DNA of 64,000 nt from Pelagomonas calceolata (GCA_918797485.1 CAKKNE010000002.1:2356001-2420000), one strand, 5' to 3'. Numbered from the stretch's first letter, positions 28,623 to 39,591 are shown. The notes: generated by a model from the sequence alone, not told the origin. Made by a program: numbers and translations.

Positions 28623-29561
28623 ATGAGGCTGCTCGTGGTGCTGGCCGCAACGCGAGCGCTCACGCCAGCACCCAAGCCTGCTGCTGTCACTCGACGCACC
28701 GCGGTCGCCGGTGCCACAGTGCTTGCGTTCGCATCACCAGCAGGGGCGCGGCGCCGAAACGCGGCGGAGCAGCTGCGTCAAGCGGTCTTCGGCGCCGTGG
28801 CGGACGATCCGACGGTCGCCGGGGCGTTGTTGCGTCTCGCGTTCCACGACGCGGTGCGACGGGCCGATGGGCAGACGCGCGGCGCGGACGGCTCGATCCA
28901 GTACGAGATTCCGGACGCCGAGAACGTGCGGCTCGGCCGGCCGCTGGCTCTCGTCATGGCGATGAAACCGGACGGCCTGAGCGTCGCTGATGCGGTGGCT
29001 GTGGCGGGCGCCGCGGCCGTCGAAGCGAGCGGCGGTCCGCGCATCGCCATAGGCCTCGGTCGCCTCGACGCGAGCGCGGCGGCGCCGGCGACGCTCGGGC
29101 GGCCGATAGCACAGCCGGGCGACGAAGCCAGGGACGTCGTCAAACGCACGCTGCCCGAGCCGGGCCTCTCGACGGTGGGCCTGCGGCGCTACTTCCGCCG
29201 CGTCGGCCTCTCGGACCAGGAGCTCGTGGCGCTCATGGGCGCGCACACGCTCGGCCGGCACAACACGCTGCTGAACATGACGAAGGCGTGCCTCCGCAAT
29301 CTGACGCGGGAATGCCTGGAGACGGCGCCCGTGCGCGCGCCCTTCGAAAGTAGGACGCCGGACGCCTTCGACAACTCGTACTACTCCTTGCTTCTGGCGT
29401 GGGACGACCGCAGTTTAGAAAGAGGCGAGGCGAACTTCATCCCGACGGACGTGGCCCTCGTCCTGGACGCGTCGTTCCGGCGCCACGTCGTCGCCTTCGC
29501 GCGGTCGGAGCCGCTCTTCCGGGCGACGTTCGCGCGCGCGTACGCGAAGCTCGTGCGGTAG
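28623..29561 (+). CDS. Class I heme peroxidase (ascorbate peroxidase-related), signal/plastid-targeted
   Basis: LLRLAFHDA (distal His), GADGSI, ELVALMGAHTLG (proximal His), FDNSYY, IPTDVAL. Confidence 0.88.
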   Translation: MRLLVVLAATRALTPAPKPAAVTRRTAVAGATVLAFASPAGARRRNAAEQLRQAVFGAVADDPTVAGALLRLAFHDAVRRADGQTRGADGSIQYEIPDAENVRLGRPLALVMAMKPDGLSVADAVAVAGAAAVEASGGPRIAIGLGRLDASAAAPATLGRPIAQPGDEARDVVKRTLPEPGLSTVGLRRYFRRVGLSDQELVALMGAHTLGRHNTLLNMTKACLRNLTRECLETAPVRAPFESRTPDAFDNSYYSLLLAWDDRSLERGEANFIPTDVALVLDASFRRHVVAFARSEPLFRATFARAYAKLVR

Positions 29562-29776
29562 TGCGTGCTCTGTAATTTCTGTTTGTGTTCTGGCAGCGAT
29601 ACATTCGCTCTTGTTCGATGACTATTTTTCCTAGTATGTCTATGTACTTAGATAACTTCCAGCTCAGCTAAGCTCAAGACTAAAACGCTAGCATTTTCAG
29701 GCCGTACAAGGCCAAGTCCTGCCATTGAATCAATGGCTCATACCACTGTCAATCGCTAGAAGCCATCGCAGAAGCC

Positions 29777-32743
29777 ATGCCTTCGACGTCGACCGCTCTC
29801 CGCGTCATCGTGGCCAGCGTGCTGGCGGCGGCCCTCACGCCACCGCAGCTGCTTGCGGCGGCCCTCACGCCGCCGCAGCCAGGGAGGCACGCTCTCCGGG
29901 CCAGGCCCCAGCAGCCAGGGAGGCACGCTCTCCGCGCCAGGCCCCTCGCCGCCGCACTCGTCGAAACCGCGGGCCTCGTCCCGGACGGCGCGCGCCACGT
30001 CTCCGAGGACCTGGTCAAGAAGACGCACCGCTTCGACGTGAGCCTCACAGAACCACTGGGCTTAACACTCGGCGAGGCCCAGGCGGGCAAGGACACCTGC
30101 GTCTACGTCAAGACCGTGGACGAGAGCGGCGGCGCACACGCGGCGGGCTGCCGCGCCGGCGATAGAGTGGTGGCGACTTCGGCGACGCTGGGCGACGCCA
30201 TGTGGCCCAAGTCGTCGATCGCGGGCGTTGTTTCCGCCGTGCGGTCCCGGCTGCAGCTCGGCAACCAGAAGGTCTCGTTGCGAATCGAGCGCTCGCTGGA
30301 CGACGACGAGGTCGCGCTCGCCGAGCTGAGATCCAGGGAGAGCGTCAAGGAGCGCTGGGAGGTCGAATTGCAGAAACCACTCGGTTTGACCTTGAAGAAC
30401 GTCGACGGCACGCCGACGGTCGCGCAAATAAAAAAGGGCGGCTCCGCGGAGCGGTCCAAGGGCCGCGTGCGCATCGGCGATAGGGTGGTGGGCGTCGAGT
30501 CGGCCTTCGGCGGGCGCATGTACCCCGTCACGACGACGAAAGAAGTGCTCGCGGCGGCCGCGCTGCCGACGCCGAGCATATCATTACGATTGGAGCGCGA
30601 CGTGCGCGTGGGGCCCTGGAGCGGCCTGCTGCGGTCCGACGGCGACGACGACGAGGACGCCGTGGCGCCGCGCGACCGGCGGTCGTCGACGCAGTCGCAG
30701 GTCCAGCGCGACATCGGCGACGCACTCAACGTGTATCTGGAACTGCGGCGGGCCCAGCTGCCGGCGACGGCGACGGCGTCCCTGCTTTTAGATAGGTGCA
30801 CGTTCCTCGCCAAGACATACGCGCGGCGGGCGTCGTCGCGCAAGGCCTTCCGGTCGGGCCGCGGCGACGCCCAGGACCGATTGGACGCTTTGCTCCAAAC
30901 TCTGGAAGACGCCGAGGTCGAGCTCAGCGCCAAGTTCGCGACGAACGCCGTCTCGGCCTTCGTGAGCGTCGGCGCGCCGAAGCGGGGCGCGCGCCTCTTC
31001 GAGCGCTGCGCGCGCGGCGACCCGGGCCACCCGCGGCCGAACCGGCGGCTGCTCACGGCGGGCGTGTCCGCCTACGCGCGCCTCGGCCGCGTCGACCAGG
31101 CCTTCGCGGCCGCGCGCGAGGCGACGACCGAGGAGAACATCGACACGCGGCTGGGCAACGCCCTGCTGGCGGCGGCGGCGGCGGCAAAGGACGTGCGTCG
31201 GGCCGAGGCGGTCTTCGCGGCGATGACGCGCGCGCCCTCCACGGAGCCAGCGGGCGCGGACACGGGCGCGCGGCTCATGCCGAGCTTCGCGCCGCAGCCG
31301 CGCGCGCCGCCGGCCGCGCCGCCCCGGGCCCTCGCGGACGCCGTCACTTATAGAACGATGATCGACGCCTACGCGCGGGCCAAGCGGCCCGACGACGCCC
31401 AGGCCGTGCTGGAGCGGATGCGGACGGAGGCGGGCCTCGGGCCCGACCGCGTGGCGTCGACGGCGCTCATGAAGGCCCACGTCGAGGCGGGCGACGTCGA
31501 CGCGGCCGAGCGGTGCCTCGAGGAGCTCCTCGAGGCGGCCGACGAGGTCATGGAGCGGACGCGCGTGCTCGTGGCGAAGGCCGCGGCGCAGTCCGAGGAC
31601 GGCGAGGCGCCCAAGGCGTTGCTGGGCGAGCGCGCCGCGGCCTACCGACGGGCAAGACCGGACGCGACGTGCTGGAACACGCTGATCCGGGGCTACGCGC
31701 GCACGCTGCGGTGGCGCGCCGCCGCCGACTGCTTGCAGCGCATGCGCGACGCGGGCTGCCCCCCGGACCTCGTGAGCTACACGAACGTGGCGACGGCGTG
31801 CCTCCGCGCGGACCGGCCCAAGGAGGCGCTGCGGCGCCTCGACGAGCTCGAGCGCGCGCGCGCCGCGGCCGTCGCCGTGACCGGGCCCGGCGGCCGCGCG
31901 GCGCGGCGCCTGCGGCCGAACGTCGTCGCGTACACCATTGGATGTTTGGCGCACGCGAAGACGGGCGACCTGGTGGGCGCGCTGCTCGTGCTAAGGAAGA
32001 TGCGCGACGCGGGCGTCGCGCCGAACGAGCGGACCTGCGCCGCGGTGCTCGAGTGCTGCCTCAAGGCGGGGCGGCCGAGCTCGGCGATGGGGCTCGTCGA
32101 GGAGATGCGCGCGAGCGGCGTGCGCGAGGACGTCGTCACGTCCACATTATTGCTAAGGTGCCACCTCGCGGCGGGCGAGCCGGCCCAGGCGTCGCGGCTC
32201 CTCGACGAGATGGAGGCCTCGGCCGTCGACGGCGCGGTCAGCGCCGTCGACGGCCAGCGCGGCAAGCGGAGCCGGCGGTCGACGGCGCCGAACTTGGTGA
32301 CGTACAACGCGGCGCTCGCCGGCTTCGCCAAGCTCGGCGCCTGGGGCGAGGCGCTCGACGCCCTGGATCGGGCGGCGGCGCGCTTCGCGCCGAACCGCGA
32401 GACCTGGGCGGCGCTCGCGGGTATCTCGCAGGACCGCTCGCGTGGCCACGACTTCCTGCACGACGCGCTGCGGCTGCTCATGCGGCGCGACCGCGCCGTC
32501 GGCGCCAAGGCCTACGAGGCCTGGCTTCTGGCCGCGGCGCGGGCGAACGACGTGGACCGAGTCGACGCGCTCGCGCGCGCGCGCGCGGACGGCCGGCTCC
32601 GCATCGTCGTCGGTGAGCGGGGCGCGCGGCGGCGGGCCCTCGACGACGGCGTCCGCCTCGACACGGACGGCCGCCTCGACGAGCTCGAGGCGGCGGTGCT
32701 GCGGAGCCGGCGGACGTCGTCCGCTGTGCCTGCTAAACGTTGA
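29777..32743 (+). CDS. Organelle-targeted protein with two PDZ-like domains and a PPR array
   Basis: LTEPLGLTL...GGAHAAG..AGDRVV and LQKPLGLTL...GGSAE..IGDRVV; PPR motifs DAVTYRTMIDAYARA, PDATCWNTLIRGYAR, PNLVTYNAALAGFAK. Confidence 0.85.
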   Translation: MPSTSTALRVIVASVLAAALTPPQLLAAALTPPQPGRHALRARPQQPGRHALRARPLAAALVETAGLVPDGARHVSEDLVKKTHRFDVSLTEPLGLTLGEAQAGKDTCVYVKTVDESGGAHAAGCRAGDRVVATSATLGDAMWPKSSIAGVVSAVRSRLQLGNQKVSLRIERSLDDDEVALAELRSRESVKERWEVELQKPLGLTLKNVDGTPTVAQIKKGGSAERSKGRVRIGDRVVGVESAFGGRMYPVTTTKEVLAAAALPTPSISLRLERDVRVGPWSGLLRSDGDDDEDAVAPRDRRSSTQSQVQRDIGDALNVYLELRRAQLPATATASLLLDRCTFLAKTYARRASSRKAFRSGRGDAQDRLDALLQTLEDAEVELSAKFATNAVSAFVSVGAPKRGARLFERCARGDPGHPRPNRRLLTAGVSAYARLGRVDQAFAAAREATTEENIDTRLGNALLAAAAAAKDVRRAEAVFAAMTRAPSTEPAGADTGARLMPSFAPQPRAPPAAPPRALADAVTYRTMIDAYARAKRPDDAQAVLERMRTEAGLGPDRVASTALMKAHVEAGDVDAAERCLEELLEAADEVMERTRVLVAKAAAQSEDGEAPKALLGERAAAYRRARPDATCWNTLIRGYARTLRWRAAADCLQRMRDAGCPPDLVSYTNVATACLRADRPKEALRRLDELERARAAAVAVTGPGGRAARRLRPNVVAYTIGCLAHAKTGDLVGALLVLRKMRDAGVAPNERTCAAVLECCLKAGRPSSAMGLVEEMRASGVREDVVTSTLLLRCHLAAGEPAQASRLLDEMEASAVDGAVSAVDGQRGKRSRRSTAPNLVTYNAALAGFAKLGAWGEALDALDRAAARFAPNRETWAALAGISQDRSRGHDFLHDALRLLMRRDRAVGAKAYEAWLLAAARANDVDRVDALARARADGRLRIVVGERGARRRALDDGVRLDTDGRLDELEAAVLRSRRTSSAVPAKR

Positions 32744-32897
32744 TCTGTTTTACCTTTTTGGGAGCCCCGTCCGCTCATCCCCTCCCCCCGGACCCGTCCC
32801 TATTGTTACGGTGCTAGAAGGGAGACACCGCGCGTCCGTGCCGCGTCCTTCACCACAGCATACCTCCTTCTAAGCAGAACCTCGGCAACAAGTCTCG

Positions 32898-32917
32898 CTA
32901 GTATCTTACACCGCTAG
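32898..32917 (-). promoter_or_regulatory. TGTAAGACACTAG motif, copy 3 (variant)
   Basis: CTAGTATCTTACACCGCTAG between PPR stop and BRX1 start. Confidence 0.45.
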
Positions 32918-33190
32918 CCCCGCGTGAGCTCCTGAGCTTGTCGCATTGCCTTTGTGCGTCGAGTGGCAGTCTGGTGTTTGGTCGCTTGTTGCATCATTTT
33001 GCATCATTAGTTCGCAGCGATAACGCTTCCCCCAGCTTTCGTAAGCTCTCCGCATTAAAAAGCAAGCGATAGCTCAACTACTCCGCAGAGCAATTGCAAA
33101 GCGGCGATAAAAGCTCAGCGCAAAAGCAAGCGATAAGCTCAACTCCGCAGCAGCAGCAAGCGATAAAAAACACCACTCGTGCAGAGCACT

Positions 33191-34549
33191 ATGGCGATCA
33201 GCAAGAAGAAAGCGAGAAAGGACCGTAAAGCCGCGGCGGCCCAGGCCGCCCGGGCCGCGCGCGACGCATCTCACGAGGACGCGCCGGACGAGGACGACGA
33301 CGAGCGCGAGATGGCCGAGATGCGCGCCGAGCTCGCGGCGACGAAGGACGCGCACGCGAAGGAGGCCAAGGCCAAGGCGCGCGCGCGCGCGGCGGCCGCG
33401 GCGGCCGCGGCGGACGACGGCGACGAGTCCGAGAGCGAGAGCGAGGACGAGGCGCCCGTCGGCGCGAAGCGCAAGCGGCCGGCGCCTACGCCCACGCAGC
33501 CGCGCGTCGCGTACCAGAACAAGCAGCGCTGTTTGGTCGTGTGCTCGCGCGGCGCCTCCGCGCGGCACCGCCACCTCCTCGAGGATTTGAGGAGGCTGAT
33601 GCCGCACCACAAGGCCGACTCGAAGATGGACTCGAAGTCCGACCCGCGCCAGCTGAACGAGGTCTGCGAGCTCAAGTCGTGCAACGGCTGCCTCTACTTG
33701 GAAGCTAGAAAGCGCACGGACCTCTACCTCTGGCTCGCGCGGCCGCCGCGGGGCCCGTCGGCCAAGTTCCTCGTCCAGAACGTCCACACGATGGACGAGC
33801 TCAAGCTGACGGGCAACTGCGGCCACGGCACGCGCGCGTTATTGTGCTTCGACGCGACGTTCGACGCCGAGCCGCACTGGCGCGCCGTCAAGGACCTCCT
33901 GGCCGTGACCTTCGGCGTGCCGCGGGGCCACCCGAAGTCCAAGCCCTTTTTTGATCGGTGCATGGCCTTCGCGATCGACGACGGGAAGGTCTGGGTCCGG
34001 CACTACCAGATCGTCGACGACGCCCTGGACGACGCCGACGCCAAGGTGAGGAGCGGCGTCCGTGTCAACCACAGCCGGGGCCGGGTGACGACGAACCATA
34101 TTTCATAGACCTGTTCTGAACTTTCGCGCGCGGCGGGCGCCGAAAGGCGCCCGCCGCCGCGAGCCGATCTGAGCGATAAACACATGCACCACTATCCGAC
34201 GGCCCGCGCGCCCTCGTTCGTCGTCGGTCGCGTCGCGGCTCCCGCTCACTTCTTCGTTACAACGCAGCGCCAGGACGGCACGTCGCTCGTCGAGGTCGGC
34301 CCGCGGCTCGTCCTGGCGCCGATCCGCGTCTTCGCCGGCAGCTTCGGCGGCGCGACGCTGTACCACGACGCCGGCCTCGTGCTGCCGAACGAGGCGCGCC
34401 AGCGCGAGCGCCTCGACCTCAAAAGGGGCGGCTCGAAGTACGAGCGCCGCAAGGAGGCCCAGGCCGCGCGCCGCGAGCACGTCGCCGCGAACACCTTGCC
34501 GGAGGACGAGCTCGCGGACACGTTCCGGGACGACGTAACGGGCCTCTAG
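33191..34549 (+). CDS. BRX1: Ribosome biogenesis protein BRX1 (Brix domain); join(33191..34045, 34268 or 34274..34549)
   Basis: NKQRCLVVCSRG, RHRHLLEDL..LMPH, GPSAKFLVQNVHTMDELKLTGNC, HPKSKPFFD, LVEVGPRLVL..IRVFAGSFGGATLY; canonical AAG|GTGAG intron. Confidence 0.92.
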
Positions 34550-34832
34550 TCTCTCTCTCGAGTGTGGGTTTCTTCGGTCGGAGCTCTATTCGTCGAGCTG
34601 TTTGCGCAGAGAAGCGGGGAAAGGTGCCGTACGTGTTTCCATCCCGGAACGGAGAGGGTTCTTCCCGCCCCAACTTTTTTGTCCGGCGCAGCGTGTGTTT
34701 TTGGCTGCTGAACGTAGCTTCTGCGGAACAAAAAGAGACAACGCTCCTCCACGAGGGTTTCCTGGCTGGTGGTGCTCTCCGCTCTCACTGACAACAGCGA
34801 CAAGACGCCGCAGGCCGCGTTAGAGCTCAATA

Positions 34833-35399
34833 ATGGCTACACTCAAAGTCGGGCTTCGTCCTCGCGTCGTGACGATGCCCGAGGACAGCGGGGCCGCGGA
34901 CGAGCCGCTGTCGCCCCAGACGACAACAGCACGTACAACCAGCCCGAACTGCGTCGTGACGATGACGCCGCGGACCATCTCGCCGCCGTCGTCGCCACCA
35001 AAGCGGCTGCAGTACTCGCGGCCGTCTCTCCTCAGAGAGAATAGCTGCTCGCAGACCCTATTTGCTGACTGCTCCGACTTTATGGTCTCCGAGCCGGCCA
35101 CGCCGGCCAAGGAAAAGACCGAGCCGGCGCCGGTCGCCGCGCCGAAAAAGTCCGTGCGGTTTGCCGAGGGCACTAACTTTCCGCCGCCGCCGCCGCTGGA
35201 GCGCGCGCTGACGATCGACAATTTGGAGGAGGGCTCGCTCTTCGGAGACGTCGCGCCGCCCGCGAAGCGCCTACGCATCGACTCGCCCGAGCCTGAGTCG
35301 GTCGACGACGTCTGGGCGCCGCTGGACGAGACCGGCGACGAGTTCGGCCGCGACGTGCTGTTGAGCGCCGAGGACGTCGAGCTCATCGCGGCGCTCTGA
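34833..35399 (+). CDS. Hypothetical Pro/Ser-rich protein
   Basis: ORF with KKSVRF (PP1-docking-like) motif and PAKRLR; no family recognised. Confidence 0.45.
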   Translation: MATLKVGLRPRVVTMPEDSGAADEPLSPQTTTARTTSPNCVVTMTPRTISPPSSPPKRLQYSRPSLLRENSCSQTLFADCSDFMVSEPATPAKEKTEPAPVAAPKKSVRFAEGTNFPPPPPLERALTIDNLEEGSLFGDVAPPAKRLRIDSPEPESVDDVWAPLDETGDEFGRDVLLSAEDVELIAAL

Positions 35400-35590
35400 A
35401 GATCCCCCCTAGTCGTCGCGCCGGCAATTGTCCCCGCCGATGTCGCGCATGTGTAAGAGAGTTTTACGTTGACCTTAGTCTCGCATTCGTCACCGCAGCC
35501 CGCACGGCTAGTACCTCTTGAGCTAGCTGCCTAAACCCAGCCTGTCCTCCAAAACGCTCCTCCGTGCGCTATTCCTCATAACGATTGAGC

Positions 35591-35666
35591 CATCGTAGCG
35601 CTCGTACACCATCGCAGCGCTCGTACACCATCGCAGCCCTCGTACACCATCGCAGCGCTCGTACAC
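35591..35666. repeat. 19-bp tandem repeat x4
   Basis: CATCGCAGCGCTCGTACAC units starting at 35591, 35610, 35629, 35648. Confidence 0.92.
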
Positions 35667-35766
35667 TGATCCTACACATCTATCCTACACTCTTCAGTGG
35701 CGTCGTCGGCACGCTGCGGAGCCGTCAAGGCCCAAGCCACACAAGCGACACCAAGCGGGGCCAGAA

Positions 35767-36768
35767 ATGAACCGTCCCACTAAGCCAAAGCTCTCCGCAG
35801 CACCAAGAGATGCCCTCTCCGCCCTGCCGAAGGAAATGATGGCGCACATCGCAGCCTTCGCGGGCTGGCGCGGTCTCCTGCAAGGGCTAGAGGTGACGGG
35901 CAAATGCGGCCGCGAACTGGCGGCACAGGGCTACGCGCACGGCATCGAAAAGCTGCGTGGGCGCGTCGGCGCCGTCGACGCGCGCAGAGCGTGCCTGGCG
36001 GTCGCCGCGACGCGGTGGAACCACGCGCTGCAGCCGGTCTTCGGCGACGGGGCTCTCCACAGAAGGTCGAGGCTACGGCCAATATCTGGCATGAATCGTC
36101 CAAGAGGAACTCGAGATTTTGAGGCGAGACTGGGATTCGCTGCAAATTCGGCGCGGACGCGGCCCGACGATGCCGCGGGAACTGTGCTGGTCTGCGATGT
36201 CCTCCGACGAGTTTGGTGGGACGGTGGCGACGCCTATGTGACTGACCGACCGGCAACACTCGTCGGAAGCTGGGTTGTCGATGGCGACAGATGCACCCTC
36301 GCGCACGGGAGCACCATAACACAAGAGTGGGGAGGGTTCCCCGTCGCACCAGGCTCGCTGTGCGCGTTCACTGTCTCATTTGGGTCGGAGATTCCTGTGC
36401 AGGCTTCCTCTCGCGAGTTATGGGAGAGAGAAACTGATTTAAAGTTCCGTCTCTGGGCCGTGACGAAGGACGGTGCTGTCGCCTGCGTGCTCTGGGATAA
36501 TGTGGAGCTCGATCAGCGCGAGGGCATTTTCCACTGTGTCACCACTGAGCCACAGAACCTCGTCAATTATCCGAATCCTTGGAATGTGGGCACTACGCAG
36601 TGCGAGGTGCGACCCTCAGCGACCATCGAGGGCGACAGCTTCTCGCTCCGCGCGGCGACTTTTTGCTTTGTTTGTGCAGATGACGTAGATGAGTCGTATG
36701 AGGGAGAATTTCTCGACAGCCTCGTCGAAGAGGGAGTTTGGGTGCCGACGCGCCCGCGAACAGTCTGA
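35767..36768 (+). CDS. Hypothetical protein with F-box-like N-terminus
   Basis: LSALPKEMMAHIAAF..WRGL..LEVTGK; less GC-biased codons than neighbours. Confidence 0.5.
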   Translation: MNRPTKPKLSAAPRDALSALPKEMMAHIAAFAGWRGLLQGLEVTGKCGRELAAQGYAHGIEKLRGRVGAVDARRACLAVAATRWNHALQPVFGDGALHRRSRLRPISGMNRPRGTRDFEARLGFAANSARTRPDDAAGTVLVCDVLRRVWWDGGDAYVTDRPATLVGSWVVDGDRCTLAHGSTITQEWGGFPVAPGSLCAFTVSFGSEIPVQASSRELWERETDLKFRLWAVTKDGAVACVLWDNVELDQREGIFHCVTTEPQNLVNYPNPWNVGTTQCEVRPSATIEGDSFSLRAATFCFVCADDVDESYEGEFLDSLVEEGVWVPTRPRTV

Positions 36769-36794
36769 AGGTAACAATTTTAAAAATCACAAAC

Positions 36795-39347
36795 TCACAC
36801 ACTAGCAGCATCCCGCAACAGCCCCCCGAGCAACCCGCCGTCGGGCGGGAAGCGACGGGTCGCGAGCGCCAGGGGGCCCTCGGGCGGAAGCGTCGTGCGC
36901 CGGTTCTGGACGGATACCTTGAGCACGACCGGCGTCGGCGACGCGCCTTGTGCAAGGAGCGCAGCGGCGACGTCGCGCGCGGCCGCCCCCGGCGCGTCGG
37001 CGCGGAGCACCGTCCACGTCAGCGGCGTCCGGCCCCAGCGGTCGAGCCAGTCGAGGCACCCCCGGCGCGCGCCCGCGGCCGCGAGCACCTGCGCACAAAT
37101 CAAACAGTGAGTCGGGTGAAATTTGATTCATGCACTGGCGATGACCTTCATCGTCTCCGCGTCGCCACTCCGCGCGCAGAAGTGCACGGCCGACTGCTCG
37201 GCGCGGTCCCGCATCGCGATGGGCGCGCCCGCCTCGAGCAGGAGCCGGGCGCACTGCGCGCCGCCGGGCGCCGCGGCGCACCGGTGCAGCGGCGCCCGCG
37301 CGTTCGAGTCGACCGCGGTCGGTGCGGCGCCCGCCGCGAGTAAAGCCGCGATGGCGTCCGCGTTCGCGGCCGCGGCCGCGCGCGCGAGCGGCGTCGAGCG
37401 CTTGTCCCGCGTCCGGCTCAGGTCGAGGCCGCGGTCGCGCGCCGCGCCGAGGAGCGCGGCCAGCGCGTCGCCGCGCCGCGCCTCGGCGGCGGCGCCCAGG
37501 GCTTCATCCAACGCCGCCAACACGGCGTCTCCCTTGAACGGGTCCGGCGGCGGCTTCGGCGGGAGCTTGGACCAGGGCGACGCGTCGCCCCGGACGAACG
37601 CGGGGTCCGGCGCGTCCGGCGGCGGGGCCCGGGCGTCGATCCCCCGCTCGAGGAACGCCGCGTACTCGGCCAGCGTCTTGCCGAAGCAGTGCCGCGGGTG
37701 GAAGGCGTCGCGCGAAAACGACTCGCCGTAGTAGTCGTCGCCGTCGCCGGCGAAGGGCCGGCCCTCGCAGAGGCGCGCCTCGAGCCGCCGGCACGCGCGC
37801 AGCGCCAGCAGGCTGTCGCCGCCCAGGACCTCGAAGGTGTCGTCGCGGGCCGCGTCGCGGCCGGGCGGCGCGACGCCGATCTCGCGCCACGCAAAGGCCA
37901 CGGCCTTCTCGACGCGCGTGTTGGGCGGGCGGCGCCCCTGCGGGCTGGCGTCGCGGAGCGCGCGCGCCGCCGCGGCCTGGCACGCGCGTCGGTCGACCTT
38001 GTCCGTGCGCGTCCGCGGCAATTCCGTCGCGAAGAGCACGGCGGCGGGCTGGACGAAGCGCTTCAGGCACGCGCCCGCGGCGGCCTGGAGCACGGGCCCG
38101 AGCACCGGATCCGCGTCTAAATTCGCAGAGCGGGCCGCGGGCGACGCGCAGCACGCCACCAACGCGTCGTCCACGAGCACGAAGCGGCACGCGGCGACGA
38201 GCGCCGTGGCCTCGAGCGCCGCGTCGAGGGCGCCGAGCTCCGTGCGCCGGCCGCTGCGCTTGATCTGGTCGTCGAGGCGGCCCTGGAGCCGGATCGCGCC
38301 GTCCTCCACGGCGCCGCCGTCGCCCGTCCGATAGTATCTCCCTTGTCCGTCGGACCCGTGGCCGCCGCTCTCCCCGCCCAGGTACGACGCGCCGTCGACG
38401 AGGGGTCCTCGCAAAACAACTTCGCAGTCCTCCAGGCTTATCGTGCCGACCAGCGCCGACCCCAGCAAGCCGCAGTCTCCGACGGCTTTTACGACACGAT
38501 GCGCTTGGTAGACGCAGCACTCCGTGACGCCGTAGACGCTCACGAGCGAGAAGGCGCCGCCGCAGGCTTCGACGAGCTTCGGAGGCAGGGCCTCGCCGCC
38601 GAGCGCCACGACGCGCAAGCACGGGAACGCGCCGCCGACGCACGTGGCGAAGAGCGGCGGCGTCGTCGTGATGTGCGTGCACCGCGACGACCGCAGGAGC
38701 TCGGCGAGCGCGAAGACGACCTCGCGCCGCGGCGCGCAGCAGAGGGACGCTTGGGAGAGGGCACACTGCGCGACGTCGCCGACCGTCGGGTCGAACGCGT
38801 GGTGCGAGGCCAAGAGCAGCACGGACGTCGCGTCGACGCCGTCGACGCGGTTGCGCGCCCGCGCGTAGGTCGCGAGCGCGTTCCGCGACACCAGGCAGCC
38901 CTTGGGTCGCCCGGTGCTGCCGCTCGTGAAGAAGCAGTGGGCGTAGGCGTCGCTCGCGAAGGGGACCGGCGGCGCGGCGCAGGCCTCGTTTACCACAAGT
39001 GACGCGAGCACCGGCACCGTCGCGAGCCTTCTGAAACGTTCCGCGTCCTTTTCTTCGCAGACCACAACCGCGGCGTCGAGGCGTTTGACGACGTCGGCCA
39101 GCTCGTCGTCGCGGTCCTCGCAGTCGATCGGCGCGACGGCGGCGTCGATGCGCCAGGCCGCGAGGTAGACGAGTGGCAAGCTATAGCCCTCGGAGATACT
39201 CGAGACGACGAAGCGCTTGGTGCAGCCCAGCTGGGCGAGGCGGCTGGCCAAGGCTGCGGCTTGCTGTGCTACCTTGGTGTGTGCTGTGGCGTGCCATTGG
39301 TTGTCAGCATGCGTGCGTAGTTCGAACGCTTGCAATGCGTCTTGCAT
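36795..39347 (-). CDS. NRPS-like adenylation-PCP-ankyrin protein; join(39347..37146,37088..36795)
   Basis: A-domain cores FFTSGSTGRPKG, LGGEAL, YGVTE, YYRTGD, GRLDDQIK, LPRTRTDKVDR; PCP FEVLGGDSLLA; ankyrins TPLARAA, APLHRCA, SAVHFCARSG, GRTPLTW. Confidence 0.88.
37089..37137. mobile_element. Minimal introner element, divergent subfamily (GT-AG intron 37089-37145 on minus, 57 nt)
   Basis: CTGCGCACAAATCAAA / TTTGATTCATGCACTG; TSD GCGAGCAC / GCGATGAC (6/8); removal joins ankyrin repeats. Confidence 0.85.
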
Positions 39348-39409
39348 CTGTCCAAAAAGTCATCAATGGAGCAGCTCACGCTCGGCATTGCCCCAGCTGC
39401 AGGCTGCTG

Positions 39410-39431
39410 CTAGTGTCTTTACAGCCGCTAG
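39410..39431 (-). promoter_or_regulatory. TGTAAGACACTAG motif, copy 4 (1-nt insertion)
   Basis: CTAGTGTCTTTACAGCCGCTAG, ~60 bp upstream of the NRPS-like ATG. Confidence 0.5.
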
Positions 39432-39591
39432 ATAGCGTTGAACCCTCGGTCCCTTGGAGCGGGTCCATCACGCGTCATGTTCTTCCCCTCAGAGGGATGT
39501 TTGAGGGGCCTACGAGGTCGAGACGAGGACGGTGTAGCAGTGTCCGCAATTGCGTCAGTGCTGTCGCTTCGTTCGTCTACGCGCCGGCAGC

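Noticed and set aside
34046..34273. BRX1 intron (and psaI intron 1027-1314) as introners
   Set aside because: No TIR, TSD or shared internal motifs; they look like ordinary introns
35591..35666. 19-bp repeats as a CRISPR array
   Set aside because: Units are contiguous with no spacers; eukaryotic context; no cas genes
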